The notes below the pieces were generated by a model. The model ran no database searches and was not told where the DNA came from. It saw only the letters and a list, made by a program, of their open reading frames with translations. A DNA stretch of 45,531 bases, from contig NC_069007.1 in assembly GCF_001194135.2 (NCBI RefSeq), positions 11,176,240-11,221,770 of the forward strand, given 5' to 3'. The stretch comes from Octopus bimaculoides (Eukaryota). Below, one piece after another: positions 45,268-45,531 of the stretch (position 1 is the stretch's first letter; every line of letters begins with the position of its first letter). Both the position numbers and the translations under genes were made by a program.

Positions 45268-45531
45268 CATCATCATCATCATCATCATCGTTTAACGTCC
45301 GCTTTCCATGCTAGCATGGGTTGGACGATTTGACTGAGGACTGGTGAAACCGGATGGCAACACCAGGCTCCAATCTAAATTTGGCAGAGTTTCTACAGCT
45401 GGATGCCCTTCCTAACGCCAACCACTCAGAGAGTGTAGTAGGTGCTTTTACGTGTCACCTGCACGAAGGCCAGTCAGGCGATACTGGCAACGGCCACGCT
45501 CGAAATGTTGTCTTTTATGTGCCACCCGCAC
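45268..45531 (-). mobile_element. Young RTE LINE 3' UTR with (ATG)n tail (continues beyond the window)
   Basis: (cat)n-cgtttaacgtccgctttccatgctagcatggg..ggatgcccttcctaacgccaaccac; CpG-rich; recognised abundant octopus RTE terminus. Confidence 0.85.

Overview
Repeat-saturated, AT-rich eukaryotic DNA, almost certainly Octopus, judged by recognition of the SINE, RTE and microsatellite content. It has 13 N-gaps totalling about 2.8 kb. No intact protein-coding gene is recognisable: the listed ORFs are microsatellite or gap read-throughs, transposon relics, or short unassigned frames. Contents are at least 4 modular tRNA-derived SINE types (more than 35 copies or fragments), an unclassified (AAC)n-tailed repeat, hAT-type MITEs with 8-bp TSDs, and fragments of RTE, CR1/Jockey-like, Tx1/L1-like, R4/Dong-like, HERO/NeSL-like and Penelope-like (PLE) retroelements. 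The most interesting signal is RNA-level: four hammerhead-ribozyme-like motifs in different architectures. These are an intact-core type I motif (33562-33637 +), a G3-C8 covariant motif inside a perfect 47-bp inverted repeat (36930-36980 -), a decayed motif in a PLE terminal repeat that also carries a tRNA-like Pol III head (3711-3903 -), and a candidate non-circularly permuted motif in a HERO-like 3' UTR (~36465-36535 +). Other notable items are a near-perfect 286-bp inverted duplication, a 50-bp loopless palindrome, R4-like LINEs sitting twice in the (ATT)n tails of SINEs, and several weakly supported minus-strand exon candidates. Element boundaries are read by eye and approximate unless a TSD is given; family names rely on recalled motifs, not database searches.
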